Assembly: GCA_963718525.1 (NCBI GenBank)
Contig: OY970355.1
Location: 2,176,001 to 2,240,000, forward strand
Origin: Candidatus Dormiibacterota bacterium
GTDB lineage: Bacteria; Chloroflexota; Dormibacteria; Aeolococcales; Aeolococcaceae
Length of the DNA: 64,000 bases
Direction of reading: 5' to 3'
In this document: piece by piece, positions 9,322-19,676 of the stretch
Layout: each line of letters opens with the position of its first letter
Numbering within the stretch: position 1 is the stretch's first letter
The notes under the pieces: model-generated
What the model saw: the letters and a program-made list of their open reading frames with translations, nothing else
Database searches by the model: none
Told to the model about the DNA's origin: nothing
Position numbers and translations under genes: made by a program

Positions 9322-9882
9322 CCACTGGGTCTGCCCCTAAGCTGACACCCGCTCATTGGGGCGCCCGTCGCGGCGCACGAGTGGATAGCCTTACAGAGCC
9401 GTTGTGCCTACGGAGCATGTGCCGCGCGAGTCGGCACCACGCAAATGCACGAGGTTCTCGGTGGTCGTCACTGGTCCTGAACCGGCTTTCGAGGAAGGCC
9501 GAGGGCATTGGCGGGGTCTCGAGGTCGGCGGGACCCCATAAGGATGGCAACACCCCGGACGTCGTGGTGGCAGCCCCATTCCCCTCGCCGGGTGCCTGAC
9601 TAAAGTGGAGGAGTGCGCCGGGAACCAGTGCCTTGGATTCGTCGCTATCGTCGCGACCGGCGGCAACGACTGCGAGATCATTTGATGCACCCGCCGGTCA
9701 ACAGCGCCCTGAGATCGGCGTGACCGAGTTCTGGCTTCCGACCCGACTTGCGCCACGAAAGCATCCGAGCCAGTTCAGTCGTCCGTGGCGGCAGCTGGAG
9801 ATCAACGTGGTAGCCCTCCGCCTGCATCACGAGCCCGAATTCTCACCGCCGTCAACCGAGCGTGCCCGAAGTCGATGACCAC

Positions 9883-12012
9883 ATGAGCTCGCGCACTGCG
9901 ACACGACTGTCCTGGGGGATCGGCGGCGTCTGTCTGGTCCTTCTCACCCTCAGCCTCGTGCTGTTGGCGCTCGACTGGAAAGCGATCGACTCGCCGGGGA
10001 CCGCACAGCTCCCATACTTCATCGCCGCGCCCATCATCGGAGTCCTCGGTGTGCTGATCGCGGCCCGCCGCCCGAACCATCCGATCGGTTGGTTGCTTCT
10101 CGCGATCGCCGCCAGCAACGCGATCTCGCTGACTGCCAACTTCGTCGCCATCCGCGGGATATTGAGCGACGCCTCACTCTACGGCTGGGTGGGGTGGGCA
10201 GCCTGGGTGTACAACATCACAGGAGCGATTGGGGCGCTCTTGATCGCTTTTCTTATCCTCGTCTTCCCCGACGGTTGGCTGCTTCCAGGCCGGCGGTGGC
10301 GCTGGGCTGTTTGGGTGGTATCGACCGCGGCGGCCGTAGCACTTCTTGCGTCGTCAATCGCCGTGACGTCCCAGCAGTTGTCTCCACGCCTCCCCAGCGT
10401 TCCTAACCCGGTGGCAGTGGACGCGCTCAACAACGTCACAAGCGGCAACGGACCGATCAACGTCGGCGTCCTCCTATTGCTCGTTACCGTTCTGGCCGCG
10501 GTGGTGGTGCGCCTCCGCCGCTCTCGGGGCGTGGAACGTATTCAAATGCGCTGGTTCGCATACGTCGCGGCGGCGTCCGTCCTTGTCATCGTCGCCGGAT
10601 TCTTCCTGAACAATGCCAACGCGACGCTCGGCAACAACATCAGTAATGCCGGATTCGGTTTCGGGTTCTATCTGCTCGTGCCCGCGACGATCGGGCTCGC
10701 CATCATCAGGTACGGGCTCTACGACCTAGACGTCTTCATCAGCCGGACGCTGGTCTACGGGTCGCTGGCGGTGTTCATCACGGCGGTCTATGTGGGCATC
10801 GCGGTGGGGGTCGGGGCGCTAGTGGGGAGCGGCGGCAAGCCCAACCTAGCGTTGTCGATCCTGGCCACGGCGATCGTGGCGATCGGTTTCCAGCCGGTGC
10901 GTGAGCGGGTCCAGAAGGTCGCCAACCGTTTGGTGTATGGCAAGCGGGCGACGCCCTACGAGGTGTTGAGCGAGTTCTCGGGACGGGTGGCGGAGACGTA
11001 TGCGGCGGATGAGGTGCTGCCCCGGATGGCGCAGGTACTTCAGGAAGGAACGGGAGCGGAATCGGCGACGGTATGGCTGCGCGGGACGGAGGAACTGCGG
11101 CCCGCGGCAACGTTTCCGAACGGAGTGGGAACCCACGTTGCAGTGCCGATGCGCAACGGAACGCTGCCCGCCCTAGAGGAGGCCACCCTAGCGGTTGAGG
11201 TTCGCCATCAAGGCGAACTGCTTGGCGCTCTGAGCGTGACCAAGCGCCGTGGCGAGGCGCTGACGCCGATCGAGCAGAAGCTCGTCGACGACCTCGCGCA
11301 TCAGGCGGGGCTGGTGCTCAAGAACGTGGGTCTGAGCGCCGACCTGCAGACGCGGCTCGATGAATTGCGCGCCTCGCGACAGCGCTTGGTGAGCGCTCAG
11401 GACGTGGAGCGGCGCCGTCTGGAGCGCAACCTCCACGACGGCGCCCAGCAGCATCTGGTCGCCTTGAAAGTGAAACTGGGACTGGCGGAGTTGCTCCTGG
11501 CACGGGATCCCGAGAAGGCTGCCGTGACCCTAGAGCAGCTCAAGAGCGACGCCGACGAAGCCCTGGAGGCGCTGCGCGACCTGGCCCGAGGGATCTACCC
11601 CCCGCTGCTCGCCGACAAGGGTCTGGTGGTTGCCCTCGAATCCCAGGCGCGCAAGGCGACGGTGCCAGTGCGCGTGGAATCGGCGGGGGTCGCGCGCTAC
11701 GCGCAGGACGTCGAGGCGACGGTGTATTTCTGCGTGCTCGAAGCGCTGCAGAACGTGCAGAAATATGCGGGGGCATCTCAGGTTGTGGTGCGCCTGCGTG
11801 CTGGCACCGATCCCGCCACTTTGACCTTCGAGGTGGAGGATGACGGCACGGGATTCGAGACCGCGACCGCCCGCAAGGGTGCTGGGCTCACCAACATGAA
11901 CGATCGGGTGGACGCGCTCGGCGGTCAGGTGCAGGTGATCTCTCGCCCAGGTGCTGGGACTACCGTGTCCGGCGATTTGCCGCTGCAAGAACCCGTCGCG
12001 GCAGTGACCTAA
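9883..12012 (+). CDS. Membrane sensor histidine kinase (multi-TM, GAF-like, HisKA_3, HATPase); orphan
   Basis: ERRRLERNLHDGAQQ H-box, EALQNVQKYA N-box, DDGTGF and GAGL G-boxes. Confidence 0.93.
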   Translation: MSSRTATRLSWGIGGVCLVLLTLSLVLLALDWKAIDSPGTAQLPYFIAAPIIGVLGVLIAARRPNHPIGWLLLAIAASNAISLTANFVAIRGILSDASLYGWVGWAAWVYNITGAIGALLIAFLILVFPDGWLLPGRRWRWAVWVVSTAAAVALLASSIAVTSQQLSPRLPSVPNPVAVDALNNVTSGNGPINVGVLLLLVTVLAAVVVRLRRSRGVERIQMRWFAYVAAASVLVIVAGFFLNNANATLGNNISNAGFGFGFYLLVPATIGLAIIRYGLYDLDVFISRTLVYGSLAVFITAVYVGIAVGVGALVGSGGKPNLALSILATAIVAIGFQPVRERVQKVANRLVYGKRATPYEVLSEFSGRVAETYAADEVLPRMAQVLQEGTGAESATVWLRGTEELRPAATFPNGVGTHVAVPMRNGTLPALEEATLAVEVRHQGELLGALSVTKRRGEALTPIEQKLVDDLAHQAGLVLKNVGLSADLQTRLDELRASRQRLVSAQDVERRRLERNLHDGAQQHLVALKVKLGLAELLLARDPEKAAVTLEQLKSDADEALEALRDLARGIYPPLLADKGLVVALESQARKATVPVRVESAGVARYAQDVEATVYFCVLEALQNVQKYAGASQVVVRLRAGTDPATLTFEVEDDGTGFETATARKGAGLTNMNDRVDALGGQVQVISRPGAGTTVSGDLPLQEPVAAVT

Positions 12013-12201
12013 CGATTACGTCGTCCCTCGACGTTCTGGCGCCCAACGCAAGGAGGGCGTAAGGTGAGCGTCGCTCCTAGGAAGCCGGTGGATGTCGACG
12101 CGATTCCAATGGAATCCAATCATCACGCTCTAGTCATCATTCCAACCAATTCGCCACGAAACCACTCAAAGTCGAACTCACCCCGCATCGGGAAATAAGT
12201 G

Positions 12202-12248
12202 CTGGTCTGGGGGACCAGGGGTCGCAGGTTCGAGTCCTGTCTCCCCGA
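12202..12248 (+). repeat. tRNA-Pro 3'-half copy, att site R3
   Basis: Identical to 1156-1202; arm about 12091-12201; followed by CGGACGCGCAA. Confidence 0.97.
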
Positions 12249-12330
12249 CGGACGCGCAAGTTGAATTCACAGCGAGCGGTTGCGCGGTGCGTTAGGCCCC
12301 AGCGGCGAACGGGGTGTAGTGCTCTAACCA

Positions 12331-12365
12331 GGAATGATGACTTTTCCTGCAGAAGGCATCATTCC
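12331..12365. promoter_or_regulatory. Conserved palindromic right-arm box (also 7009, 29371, 36991, 43592, orphan 5809)
   Basis: GGAATGATG-ACTTTTCCTGCAGAAGG-CATCATTCC, 80-98 bp after the tRNA fragment; at R5 it ends about 8 nt before the recombinase ATG. Confidence 0.7.
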
Positions 12366-12458
12366 CCGCGGTTGAGGCCGGATGCCGCTGCTCATATGAA
12401 GAGATTGTGGCAGTCCAGCGCATACATATCGCTTACAGTTTGGAAGGCCTCGACCCGC

Positions 12459-12655
12459 TGTGAAAGTCCGGCAGATACTTGACATCGCAGGTCCAAGAGA
12501 TGCTTGACGGTGTGCGGCGCGTCCGCCTGATGCTTGACACAACCGACCTCCCTCCGGTCCGCTCGTCCGCAAGGACTGAGCGCCATCGGAGGGACCAGGT
12601 TCGTGCTTGTGGAGTTGAACGTGGTGGAACAGCGCTACCGGGTCGTCCTGGAGAC
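12459..12655 (+). mobile_element. IS481-type left end plus transposase N-terminal remnant
   Basis: TGT terminus, 3x GTCC-N4-GATRCTTGAC, then VLVELNVVEQRYRVVLE from 12603, resembling actinobacterial IS481 transposase N-termini; truncated. Confidence 0.65.
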
Positions 12656-12768
12656 CTATCTCGGTGTCGCCGCGCGACTCCCGAGACTCAATGGCCAAGC
12701 TCTTGTTCTATGGGATCGGGAGACATCAAGCTGATTGAGTCCGGTGGCTCGAAGAGCCGCTACCTAGA

Positions 12769-13797
12769 TGTAGTGCCCATAGAGGTTGTTGACAAAGAGA
12801 GAGCCCCGCGGCTGAGTTTGGGTTGTTGAAATCCACCCAGACGGAGGCTCTCCGGTGTCCCATCCTAAGGCGGTACTCACCCCAGTAGGCAGGCTGATTC
12901 TGGTTCAGCGAATTGCCCAAGGACGTCCCGCGGCGCACGTCGCCGGCGAGATGGGCGTGTCCCGGGCGACGGCGTACAAGTGGTGGCATCGGTACGTCCG
13001 AGAGGGCGAGGCGGGTCTGCTCGATCGGAGCTCCCGGCCGCTGCGCAGCCCACGGCGGACATCGGCGCGGGTGGAGCGCCGGATCGAGGCTTTGCGACGC
13101 CGCACCAAGCTCGGTCCAGTCCGGATCGCCGTCCGCCTGCAGATGCCGGCCTCGACCGTCCATCGCGTGTTGGTGCGCCGGCAGTTGAATCGGCTGAGTT
13201 GGATGGATCGACCCACGGGACGCGTGATTCGTCGCTACGAGCACGAACACCCGGGCGACCTGGTCCACGTCGATGTCAAGAAGCTGGGGCGGATCCCGCC
13301 CGGCGGTGGCTGGCGTGTGCACGGGCGCCTCGGACATCCCTCCACCGGTGTCGGCTACGACTACATCCACTCCGCGGTGGACGATCACTCACGGCTTGCC
13401 TACTCGGAGATCTGCAGCGACGAAAAAGGTCCGACTGCCGCTGCATTCTGGGTTCGTGCCACGGGGTTCTTCGCGGCCCACGGCATCGCGGTGCAACGTG
13501 TGCTCACCGACAACGCCTTCGCCTACCGGAACTCCGTCATCTTCCGAGCCGCGGTGCTCCAAAGTGGCGCGGTGCAGCGCTTCACGCAGCCGCGCCGGCC
13601 TCAGACCAACGGCAAGGTCGAGCGCTTCAACCGGACCTTGCTTGAAGAATGGGCATACGTTCGACCCTATGCCTCAAATCAGCGACGCGCCCAGGCCTTG
13701 ACGACCTGGCTGCACATCTACAACCATCACCGTGCCCACACCAGTCTCGGTCAGCTCCCACCCATCTCACGCCTCAACAACGTGTCTGGGCATTACA
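12769..13797 (+). mobile_element. Complete IS481-family element with 6-bp target duplication
   Basis: IRs TGTAGTGCCCATAGAGGTTGTTGA / TCAACAACGTGTCTGGGCATTACA; CCTAGA at 12763-68 and 13798-803; target supplies the TAG stop. Confidence 0.95.
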
Positions 13798-13802
13798 CCT
13801 AG
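12855..13802 (+). CDS. IS481 transposase
   Basis: HVDVKKLGRIP, VDDHSRLAY, LTDN, PQTNGKVERFNRT. Confidence 0.96.
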   Translation: MSHPKAVLTPVGRLILVQRIAQGRPAAHVAGEMGVSRATAYKWWHRYVREGEAGLLDRSSRPLRSPRRTSARVERRIEALRRRTKLGPVRIAVRLQMPASTVHRVLVRRQLNRLSWMDRPTGRVIRRYEHEHPGDLVHVDVKKLGRIPPGGGWRVHGRLGHPSTGVGYDYIHSAVDDHSRLAYSEICSDEKGPTAAAFWVRATGFFAAHGIAVQRVLTDNAFAYRNSVIFRAAVLQSGAVQRFTQPRRPQTNGKVERFNRTLLEEWAYVRPYASNQRRAQALTTWLHIYNHHRAHTSLGQLPPISRLNNVSGHYT

Positions 13803-13962
13803 ATATGTCGGGAGTGACAAATGGCGACTTCCCGAGTGGCTCGCCCAGCGGTCATGATGGAGGTCGTCGCCTGACATCTGCAGTCGCCATCATCGGGCCC
13901 TGTTGACGCGCGAGGCTCCTACATAGAGACTTGGCAATCGCCGACCACCATGGAGGAACCGT

Positions 13963-14349
13963 TTGATGCCAGGCGAACTGAGTAGTGTCGCAACCGACTT
14001 CTTCGCGGCGCTTGATGCCTTGGATGCTGATCGGATGAGGCAGATGTTGACGGAGGACGTCCAGAGTGTCGACGAGGGCTCGCGACGCTGGCTGCGCGGC
14101 AGAGGCGACGTAGACAATTACCTCCGCGAGCTGATGCCCGCGGTGCGTGATGTGGAAACGCAACTTCGAGATGCGGAGGAGCGCATTTGGGGGGACACAG
14201 GGGTACTGACCTGTTGGATCGACCAGGACTACACGATGCACGGCACCCCGCAGCGCATCTCCGCTCCAACCACGCTGATCCTCCGTCGCGACGGCGGCGG
14301 CTGGAAGGTGGTGCTGTGGCATTCCATCCCTCTTCCCGAGCAGGCCTAG
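13963..14349 (+). CDS. NTF2-like (SnoaL/DUF4440) protein
   Basis: FFAALDALDAD..T.ILRRDGGGWKVVLWHS pattern. Confidence 0.75.
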   Translation: MMPGELSSVATDFFAALDALDADRMRQMLTEDVQSVDEGSRRWLRGRGDVDNYLRELMPAVRDVETQLRDAEERIWGDTGVLTCWIDQDYTMHGTPQRISAPTTLILRRDGGGWKVVLWHSIPLPEQA

Positions 14350-14497
14350 CCATACCGTTAGTCCGGAAGGACGGCTAGCTCGAACTCGACCCAAAGTGAG
14401 CCGGCGAGTGTCAACGAACGTTGAGAGACGGGAGGCTTGAGGGATAGGGCATGTCGGGCGAACGAGGTGTAGTGCTCTAGCCGGGAATAATCGAGGG

Positions 14498-14863
14498 TCA
14501 GCCGCGTGGGCGAAGTCCGTCGGTGATGTCCGCTTCGACGAGGATTTTCAGTGTTCCGTCGTGCTGGCGCTGAAAGACAACGACGTACTTTCCCTGCTCG
14601 GTCGGAGTTGCGTAGTGACCGACATCGACGAGGTCGCCGTCCTCGAAAACGTCGACGCTGTCGAACTTGGTCGTGATGGGACCATCCTTCAGCGCTTTGT
14701 CGTAGACCGCGGCGACGGCTTGATGACCCTGGAGCATCGGGGTGTCGGAGAAGCAAAGCCTGGCGTCATGCGTATACAGACCGATCATCCGGTCGACGTC
14801 CCGGTCCGCCAGGGCCTGAGCGTATTCGTTGTTGATCGCGTCGACGTCGTCTCGGGTCGTCAT
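14498..14863 (-). CDS. NTF2-like (DUF4440/YybH) protein
   Basis: DVD..LYT.DA, GKYVVVFQRQ.DG.LKI; GGAG RBS. Confidence 0.8.
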   Translation of the reverse strand: MTTRDDVDAINNEYAQALADRDVDRMIGLYTHDARLCFSDTPMLQGHQAVAAVYDKALKDGPITTKFDSVDVFEDGDLVDVGHYATPTEQGKYVVVFQRQHDGTLKILVEADITDGLRPRG

Positions 14864-14985
14864 TCACTCCTCCAGCGCCATGCGGATTGTGTTGCAGGCG
14901 TGAGGGTAAGGCACCCGGCACATCGGACGTGATCGCGTCGGGCGTCGATGGTGATCCTCGCCGTCTCTCCGGATGACTGTTCGTG

Positions 14986-15777
14986 TTACTTAGAAAATTG
15001 CGTCGTCGGTCGAGGGCGGAGGGTGCCGTCGACACGGATGTCGACCCTCTCGTTGTAGAAAGCGATGAGCCCGGCGATGGGGAGGAGTTGGTGCGTCGGG
15101 AAGTCGTAGGTCCACGCCACCTCGTGCCGCGTCGCTTCGCCTGTGCCGAGTGACCAGTAACCACTGGTTCGTCCCTTGTACGGGCAGGCGGTGACGGTGT
15201 CTGTTGCTATCAGGTGCTCGAAGTGCACCTCGGTCCGATTCAGGTAGTACCGCGTAGGCAGACCAGTCTCGAAAACCATGACCGGTGATGACAACTCAGC
15301 GAGGACCGTCCCGCCGGCTTCCACGCGGACGTGGCGTGTCGACCGCAGCGCATCGACCCGGGTATATGGGTTGCGGGGGTGGACGAAGACCTCCTCATCC
15401 TCCTCGAACCATGCGTCAAGGGCGTCCCAGTCGAAACGGGCGGTGCCCGCCAAGCTGCTCGGTGCCTCCGGCGTGAGAATCCGCACCGAGCGCGGACGAT
15501 TCGTTCCGCCGACCTGCAGTCCGTGGAGTTGTGCCGTCCCATTTCGCCCCTGAGCCGTTGCCTTCTCGTCGACGAGCAGGAGCGGGTTCACGTCCGCAAC
15601 CGGTATGTAGTACTGGGGATAGTTGGGCGACTCCCACACGTACTGCGCTCGAATGGTATCGAGCACCACCTCGCCGGCGAGGACGGCGCGGATCCGTCGA
15701 GGTACCGGCTCGATGTGGTCGATGGGAACGATCACCTGCGGGTAGTCACGCATCAGATCCCGCTCGGTGTTCAGCAT
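14986..15777 (-). CDS. DUF427 tandem-domain protein
   Basis: YPQYYIP, WFEEDE..HPRNPY.RVD, FETGLPTRYY, CPYKG. Confidence 0.88.
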   Translation of the reverse strand: MLNTERDLMRDYPQVIVPIDHIEPVPRRIRAVLAGEVVLDTIRAQYVWESPNYPQYYIPVADVNPLLLVDEKATAQGRNGTAQLHGLQVGGTNRPRSVRILTPEAPSSLAGTARFDWDALDAWFEEDEEVFVHPRNPYTRVDALRSTRHVRVEAGGTVLAELSSPVMVFETGLPTRYYLNRTEVHFEHLIATDTVTACPYKGRTSGYWSLGTGEATRHEVAWTYDFPTHQLLPIAGLIAFYNERVDIRVDGTLRPRPTTQFSK

Positions 15778-15799
15778 GCTGCGGTGTGGAACCTCCGGC

Positions 15800-16021
15800 T
15801 CAGGTCGCGGGAGGCGCGATCGCCGCCAGCAACCCCTCGAAGTCCTCCGCGCATGGGCCGCAAGCACGCAGGTGCGCGGCGATCCCCGGGTATCGTGATG
15901 CCGTGGCCGGGTCGGCGGCCACCAACTCGACGTAGACGTGCATCCATCTCATCGCCTCCTCGCATCCCACATCCTGGGGATCGGTCTGCAGGAAGCGATC
16001 CAGCGCCGACTGCCCGTTCAC
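15800..16021 (-). CDS. Zinc-binding anti-sigma factor (zf-HC2/ZAS)
   Basis: GCEE...HLRACGPC motif; translationally coupled to the sigma gene. Confidence 0.8.
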   Translation of the reverse strand: MNGQSALDRFLQTDPQDVGCEEAMRWMHVYVELVAADPATASRYPGIAAHLRACGPCAEDFEGLLAAIAPPAT

Positions 16022-16692
16022 GGTCGCCTCGAAGTGTTGTTGTTCAGATACCCATTAGCGACGAGCGCTGCCCGTAACTTACGTCGGGCGTCGAACAGAG
16101 CCTTGTAAATGGCGTTTCGGTTCGAGCCGAGCTCAGCGGCGAGCGCGTCAACGGGGACTTCATTGAGCACGATCGAGACGAAGATCCGACGTTGCCGGTT
16201 GGTCAGGACCGTGTCTATCAGCCGGTGCAAGGCGGCCACCAGTTCCCGCCACTCTGTCTCTTGGGCGGGGTCGAGGGCGAGCCGATTCGGGAGCCGCTCC
16301 CAGTGCTCTGCGTCAATCGGCGCGGTCGGGTTGCGCCAGAAATGACGTCCGATCTTCGTCGAGACCTCGAACATCACGAACTTGAACGCCCAGGTGGTGA
16401 ATCGGCTATCGCCTCGAAACTGCCCGGTCTTCGCGATGATGGCCATCAGCGCGTCGTTTGCGGCCTGGTGAGCGATGTCATCGAGCTCGGGTCCACTGAT
16501 CTTCAGCTGGCCGCTGCGCCGTTGTACTTCGCTGCGAGCGATGCGCAACAGCAGGGCATGGAGTCGGATCTGGGCAGCATCGCTGTCGCGGGCGCTGCCG
16601 CCGAGCGAGCGGAGCCACTCGGCAGAATCCGGATCCAGCTCTGCATCTAACGTCGCGCATCCGCCGCGTGCGGTCGGCTCCGCTGGCTCCAT
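16018..16692 (-). CDS. ECF sigma-70 factor
   Basis: FRGDSRFTTWA region 2; LTNRQR..NRNAIYKALFDARRKLR region 4. Confidence 0.9.
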   Translation of the reverse strand: MEPAEPTARGGCATLDAELDPDSAEWLRSLGGSARDSDAAQIRLHALLLRIARSEVQRRSGQLKISGPELDDIAHQAANDALMAIIAKTGQFRGDSRFTTWAFKFVMFEVSTKIGRHFWRNPTAPIDAEHWERLPNRLALDPAQETEWRELVAALHRLIDTVLTNRQRRIFVSIVLNEVPVDALAAELGSNRNAIYKALFDARRKLRAALVANGYLNNNTSRRP

Positions 16693-16819
16693 AAACCGAT
16701 TCTAGTGAGCCCGGCAACTCGTACGCTTCGGCGCTCGGTTGATGGAGTCGCTCCCCAATGCCCCGGCCGTCTGAGGCGCACGAGGTAGAACTCGAGGCCG
16801 ACGCCGCCACCAACCAAAC

Positions 16820-17584
16820 ATGAGTATCTCGTTGGAGGGTAAGACCGCGCTGGTCACCGGAGCGGGACGAGGCATCGGGCGTGCCGTTGCACTGCAGCTC
16901 ACTGGTGCCGGTGTTGCGGTTGCCCTGGTCGCGCGGTCAAAAGACGAGCTCGACGAGACAGCTCATCGGGTGCGCGCGCTCGGTCGAGCTGCACTTGTTG
17001 TCCCGGCGGATCTCGGCAAGTTGGACGAACTTCAGCGAGCCGTGCGACGCACAAACGACGAACTTGGTGCGGTGGACATACTTGTCAACAACGCTGCGGT
17101 CGTCTGGCCGCTCGGTGCGAGCGTCACCGTCGAGCCAGCCGAGTGGGCGGCGGCGATCGCGATAAACCTCGTGGCCGTCGCAGCGCTGAGTTTCGCGCTG
17201 CTCCCGTCCATGCTCGATCGAGGATGGGGACGCATCGTCAATGTATCGAGCGCCATCGCCGAGCATCCCGGCGCCATGATCGGAGCCAACGCTTACGCGA
17301 CCGGCAAGGCCGCCCTCGAAGCCCACACGGTCAACCTGGCCGCCGAACTAGCCGGAAGTGGCGTCACCGTCAATGCCTTCCGACCCGGATCGGTCGACAC
17401 CGCCATGCCCGCGTGGATCCGCGGCCAAGATCCAGCACGAATCGGGGCGCCACTGCACCAGCGGTTCGCGCGCTCGTATGCCGAAGGCCTACTGATCTCC
17501 CCCGAACAGCCTGCCCGGTCTCTGCTCATGCACCTGCAGCGTGACGCCACAGGAGAGATCTGGGACGTGTCTGACACCACATAG
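16820..17584 (+). CDS. SDR oxidoreductase
   Basis: TGAGRGIG, NNAA, YATGK. Confidence 0.92.
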   Translation: MSISLEGKTALVTGAGRGIGRAVALQLTGAGVAVALVARSKDELDETAHRVRALGRAALVVPADLGKLDELQRAVRRTNDELGAVDILVNNAAVVWPLGASVTVEPAEWAAAIAINLVAVAALSFALLPSMLDRGWGRIVNVSSAIAEHPGAMIGANAYATGKAALEAHTVNLAAELAGSGVTVNAFRPGSVDTAMPAWIRGQDPARIGAPLHQRFARSYAEGLLISPEQPARSLLMHLQRDATGEIWDVSDTT

Positions 17585-17613
17585 CTTCAACCGCACAGTA
17601 AGGAGACCCACAC

Positions 17614-18099
17614 ATGACTCTGCTGCATCCGGGCGACGTTTTCCCTTCGCTCACCGTGATGCCGGTCGGCGGGGCAGCGCTCCAGCTTCCGGATGCGGTC
17701 ACTGGCCATTTCGCCGCAGTCTTGTTCTACCGAGGATCGTGGTGTCCATACTGCAACGGCCAGCTGCGGGCCTTCGCGCGAGCTCACGACAGTCTTGCTG
17801 TCGTGGACGCGAAGGTGGTCGCACTCTCGGTCGATGACGAGAGCACGACCCAAGCATTGATCGCAAAGCTCGGCCTCAACTTCCCCGTCGGATACAGCGC
17901 CGACGCCAAGGCCGTCGCAGAGGCGACCGGGGCGTTCGTCAACCCCGACCCGATGTATCTGCAATCCACGGGGTTCGTGCTCGACCCCGGCGGACGCGTC
18001 GTCGTCAGCGTCTACTCGAGCGGCGCCATCGGGCGGCTCGTCCCCGAGGACGTAGTGGGTTTGATCCGCTACCTGCGCGACCATGCCGCTGCCGCATGA
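17614..18099 (+). CDS. AhpC/TSA peroxiredoxin-like protein
   Basis: FYRGSWCPYC, ALSVD. Confidence 0.9.
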   Translation: MTLLHPGDVFPSLTVMPVGGAALQLPDAVTGHFAAVLFYRGSWCPYCNGQLRAFARAHDSLAVVDAKVVALSVDDESTTQALIAKLGLNFPVGYSADAKAVAEATGAFVNPDPMYLQSTGFVLDPGGRVVVSVYSSGAIGRLVPEDVVGLIRYLRDHAAAA

Positions 18100-18225
18100 A
18101 CACTGCTTCGAACGAAGGAGCAAGCCGTGGGATCTTCATGATCGCCTGCGTCGCCGCGGCCTGCTGACGCCAAGTGACTAAGATGCCGCCTTGGACCGTC
18201 ACACGAGAGAAGTCAAGGAGCCGAA

Positions 18226-18489
18226 ATGACCGCTGCCACCATCGCTGAGCAGGTCAGCGCCATTAACGCCGGCGCGCAGCTTCACTCGGTCTCGACCTCA
18301 CCACCGTCAATGCCGACGGCGCCATCGCATCCCTATGCCCGCACCTTCATCATCGACGCCGACCGTGTCATTCGCTGGATAGACGTTCACCCCGACTACT
18401 CCACCCGCCCCGAACCAGCTGACATCCTGGCCGCCCACGATGGCTGCCGGGTTCTGACCGTTGACCCGACCCCAAGGAGAAGGACATGA
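18226..18489 (+). pseudogene. Internally deleted peroxiredoxin-like gene
   Basis: N-terminus TIAEQV joined directly to C-terminal IID.D.VIRWIDVHPDYSTRPEP; CxxC core missing. Confidence 0.55.
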
Positions 18490-18782
18490 CGATACGACTG
18501 GGCGTGCTCGCCCTCCTCGAAGCTAAGCCCGGTAAAGGCGATGAGCTTGGCGCCTTCCTCGAGGCCGGTCGGGGCCTCGCGGCGGCGGAACCCGGAACCG
18601 TGACCTGGTATGCGTTCAAGATCACCGACGCCAGCTACGGGATCTTCGACACCTTCGAAACCGGCGACGCCCGACAAGCCCACCTGGACGGCGAGATCCC
18701 CCGAGCCCTCGCCCAGATCGGACCGGACCTGCTGGCCCGGGACCCTGACATTCGCCTCGTCGACGTCATCGCCGTCAAATAG
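18486..18782 (+). CDS. Antibiotic biosynthesis monooxygenase (ABM) family
   Basis: LEAKPGKG..EPGTVTWYA..YGIFDTF..RQAHL. Confidence 0.88.
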   Translation: MTIRLGVLALLEAKPGKGDELGAFLEAGRGLAAAEPGTVTWYAFKITDASYGIFDTFETGDARQAHLDGEIPRALAQIGPDLLARDPDIRLVDVIAVK

Positions 18783-18993
18783 ATCAGCGCCTTCGTTACA
18801 GGCTGATAAAGGGGCCGGCGACGACTGGGAGGGGTTCCGGTATGGCTCTGCTCTACGACCACCCTTTCTCCCGCTCGGGGCTTTCGAGGGGGTCGTATTA
18901 GGGATTGACCAGGTTCCCCACGTCGGTCGCTCCCCCGTGGCTCTAGTGCACCAGGTGGTGTCGTCGATCGGTGAATCTGCGTTGAAGTGACGG

Positions 18994-19572
18994 CTAGGGT
19001 AAGGGGGGCCTCAGTCCGTTGAAGAAGACGGTGACAAGGGTCCGAGATCGCTCGACCCCGTTTGGCGCATCGGTGTCCAGGCAGAGAGCGCTCACGGCAC
19101 GTAACAGGTCCGCCTGGTTGACGCCCGGTCGTATCGTCCCGGCCGCGACCCCGGCATCGAGCAGGCGACCCGCGGCGCCGTGCACTCGGGCCTCGGCCGT
19201 GCCGACCGGGTACGCATCGAGGTTGAACACGGTAAGAACGGCTGCCGCAAGGCCGCGTTTGGCGGTGATGAAATTTACCAGTCGCTGCATCCACTTCCCA
19301 AGCGCCTCATCCGGGGGCAGCGCCGCCAGCAGCTGGTCTGCGGCGACGTCGAGGGCGTCAACCTCTTGGCTGTAGAGGGCCCATACCAGCGCGTCACGAG
19401 TCGGAAAGTGCCGGTACAGGGTGCCCATACCGACACCGGCCCGGCGAGCGATCTCATCCACGCCGGCCGTCGGGTTTGTCTTCAGAGTCGCCGCCGCGGC
19501 CTCAAGGAGTTGGGCACGGTTGCGGGCTGCGTCGGCTCGCAGTGGCTTCTCGATGGGGTTATTTGCGGTCAC
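18994..19572 (-). CDS. TetR-family regulator
   Basis: RADAARNR..IARRAGVGMGTLYRHFPTR. Confidence 0.93.
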   Translation of the reverse strand: MTANNPIEKPLRADAARNRAQLLEAAAATLKTNPTAGVDEIARRAGVGMGTLYRHFPTRDALVWALYSQEVDALDVAADQLLAALPPDEALGKWMQRLVNFITAKRGLAAAVLTVFNLDAYPVGTAEARVHGAAGRLLDAGVAAGTIRPGVNQADLLRAVSALCLDTDAPNGVERSRTLVTVFFNGLRPPLP

Positions 19573-19591
19573 GGGCTCCCCATTTGACGAA

Positions 19592-19630
19592 ACGGAGTGA
19601 TCTCCGTATCATATACCGGAGCGCGCTCCG
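19592..19630. promoter_or_regulatory. Paired TetR operators
   Basis: CGGAG-N4-CTCCG twice between divergent tetR and SDR. Confidence 0.7.
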
Positions 19631-19676
19631 CTTACCGGATCAGAGGCCCCCTACCGAGGGCGAAGGAGAACACGAA

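Noticed and set aside
9340-9860. Possible genes or ncRNA in spacer regions (also 30410-30800, 36230-36730, 37030-37490, 59210-59660)
   Set aside because: No recognisable motifs or convincing structure; probably decayed coding DNA and cannot be assigned by eye.
12202-12248. Additional tRNA-Pro genes at R1-R8
   Set aside because: All lack the 5' acceptor strand and D arm; upstream DNA is the cassette arm.
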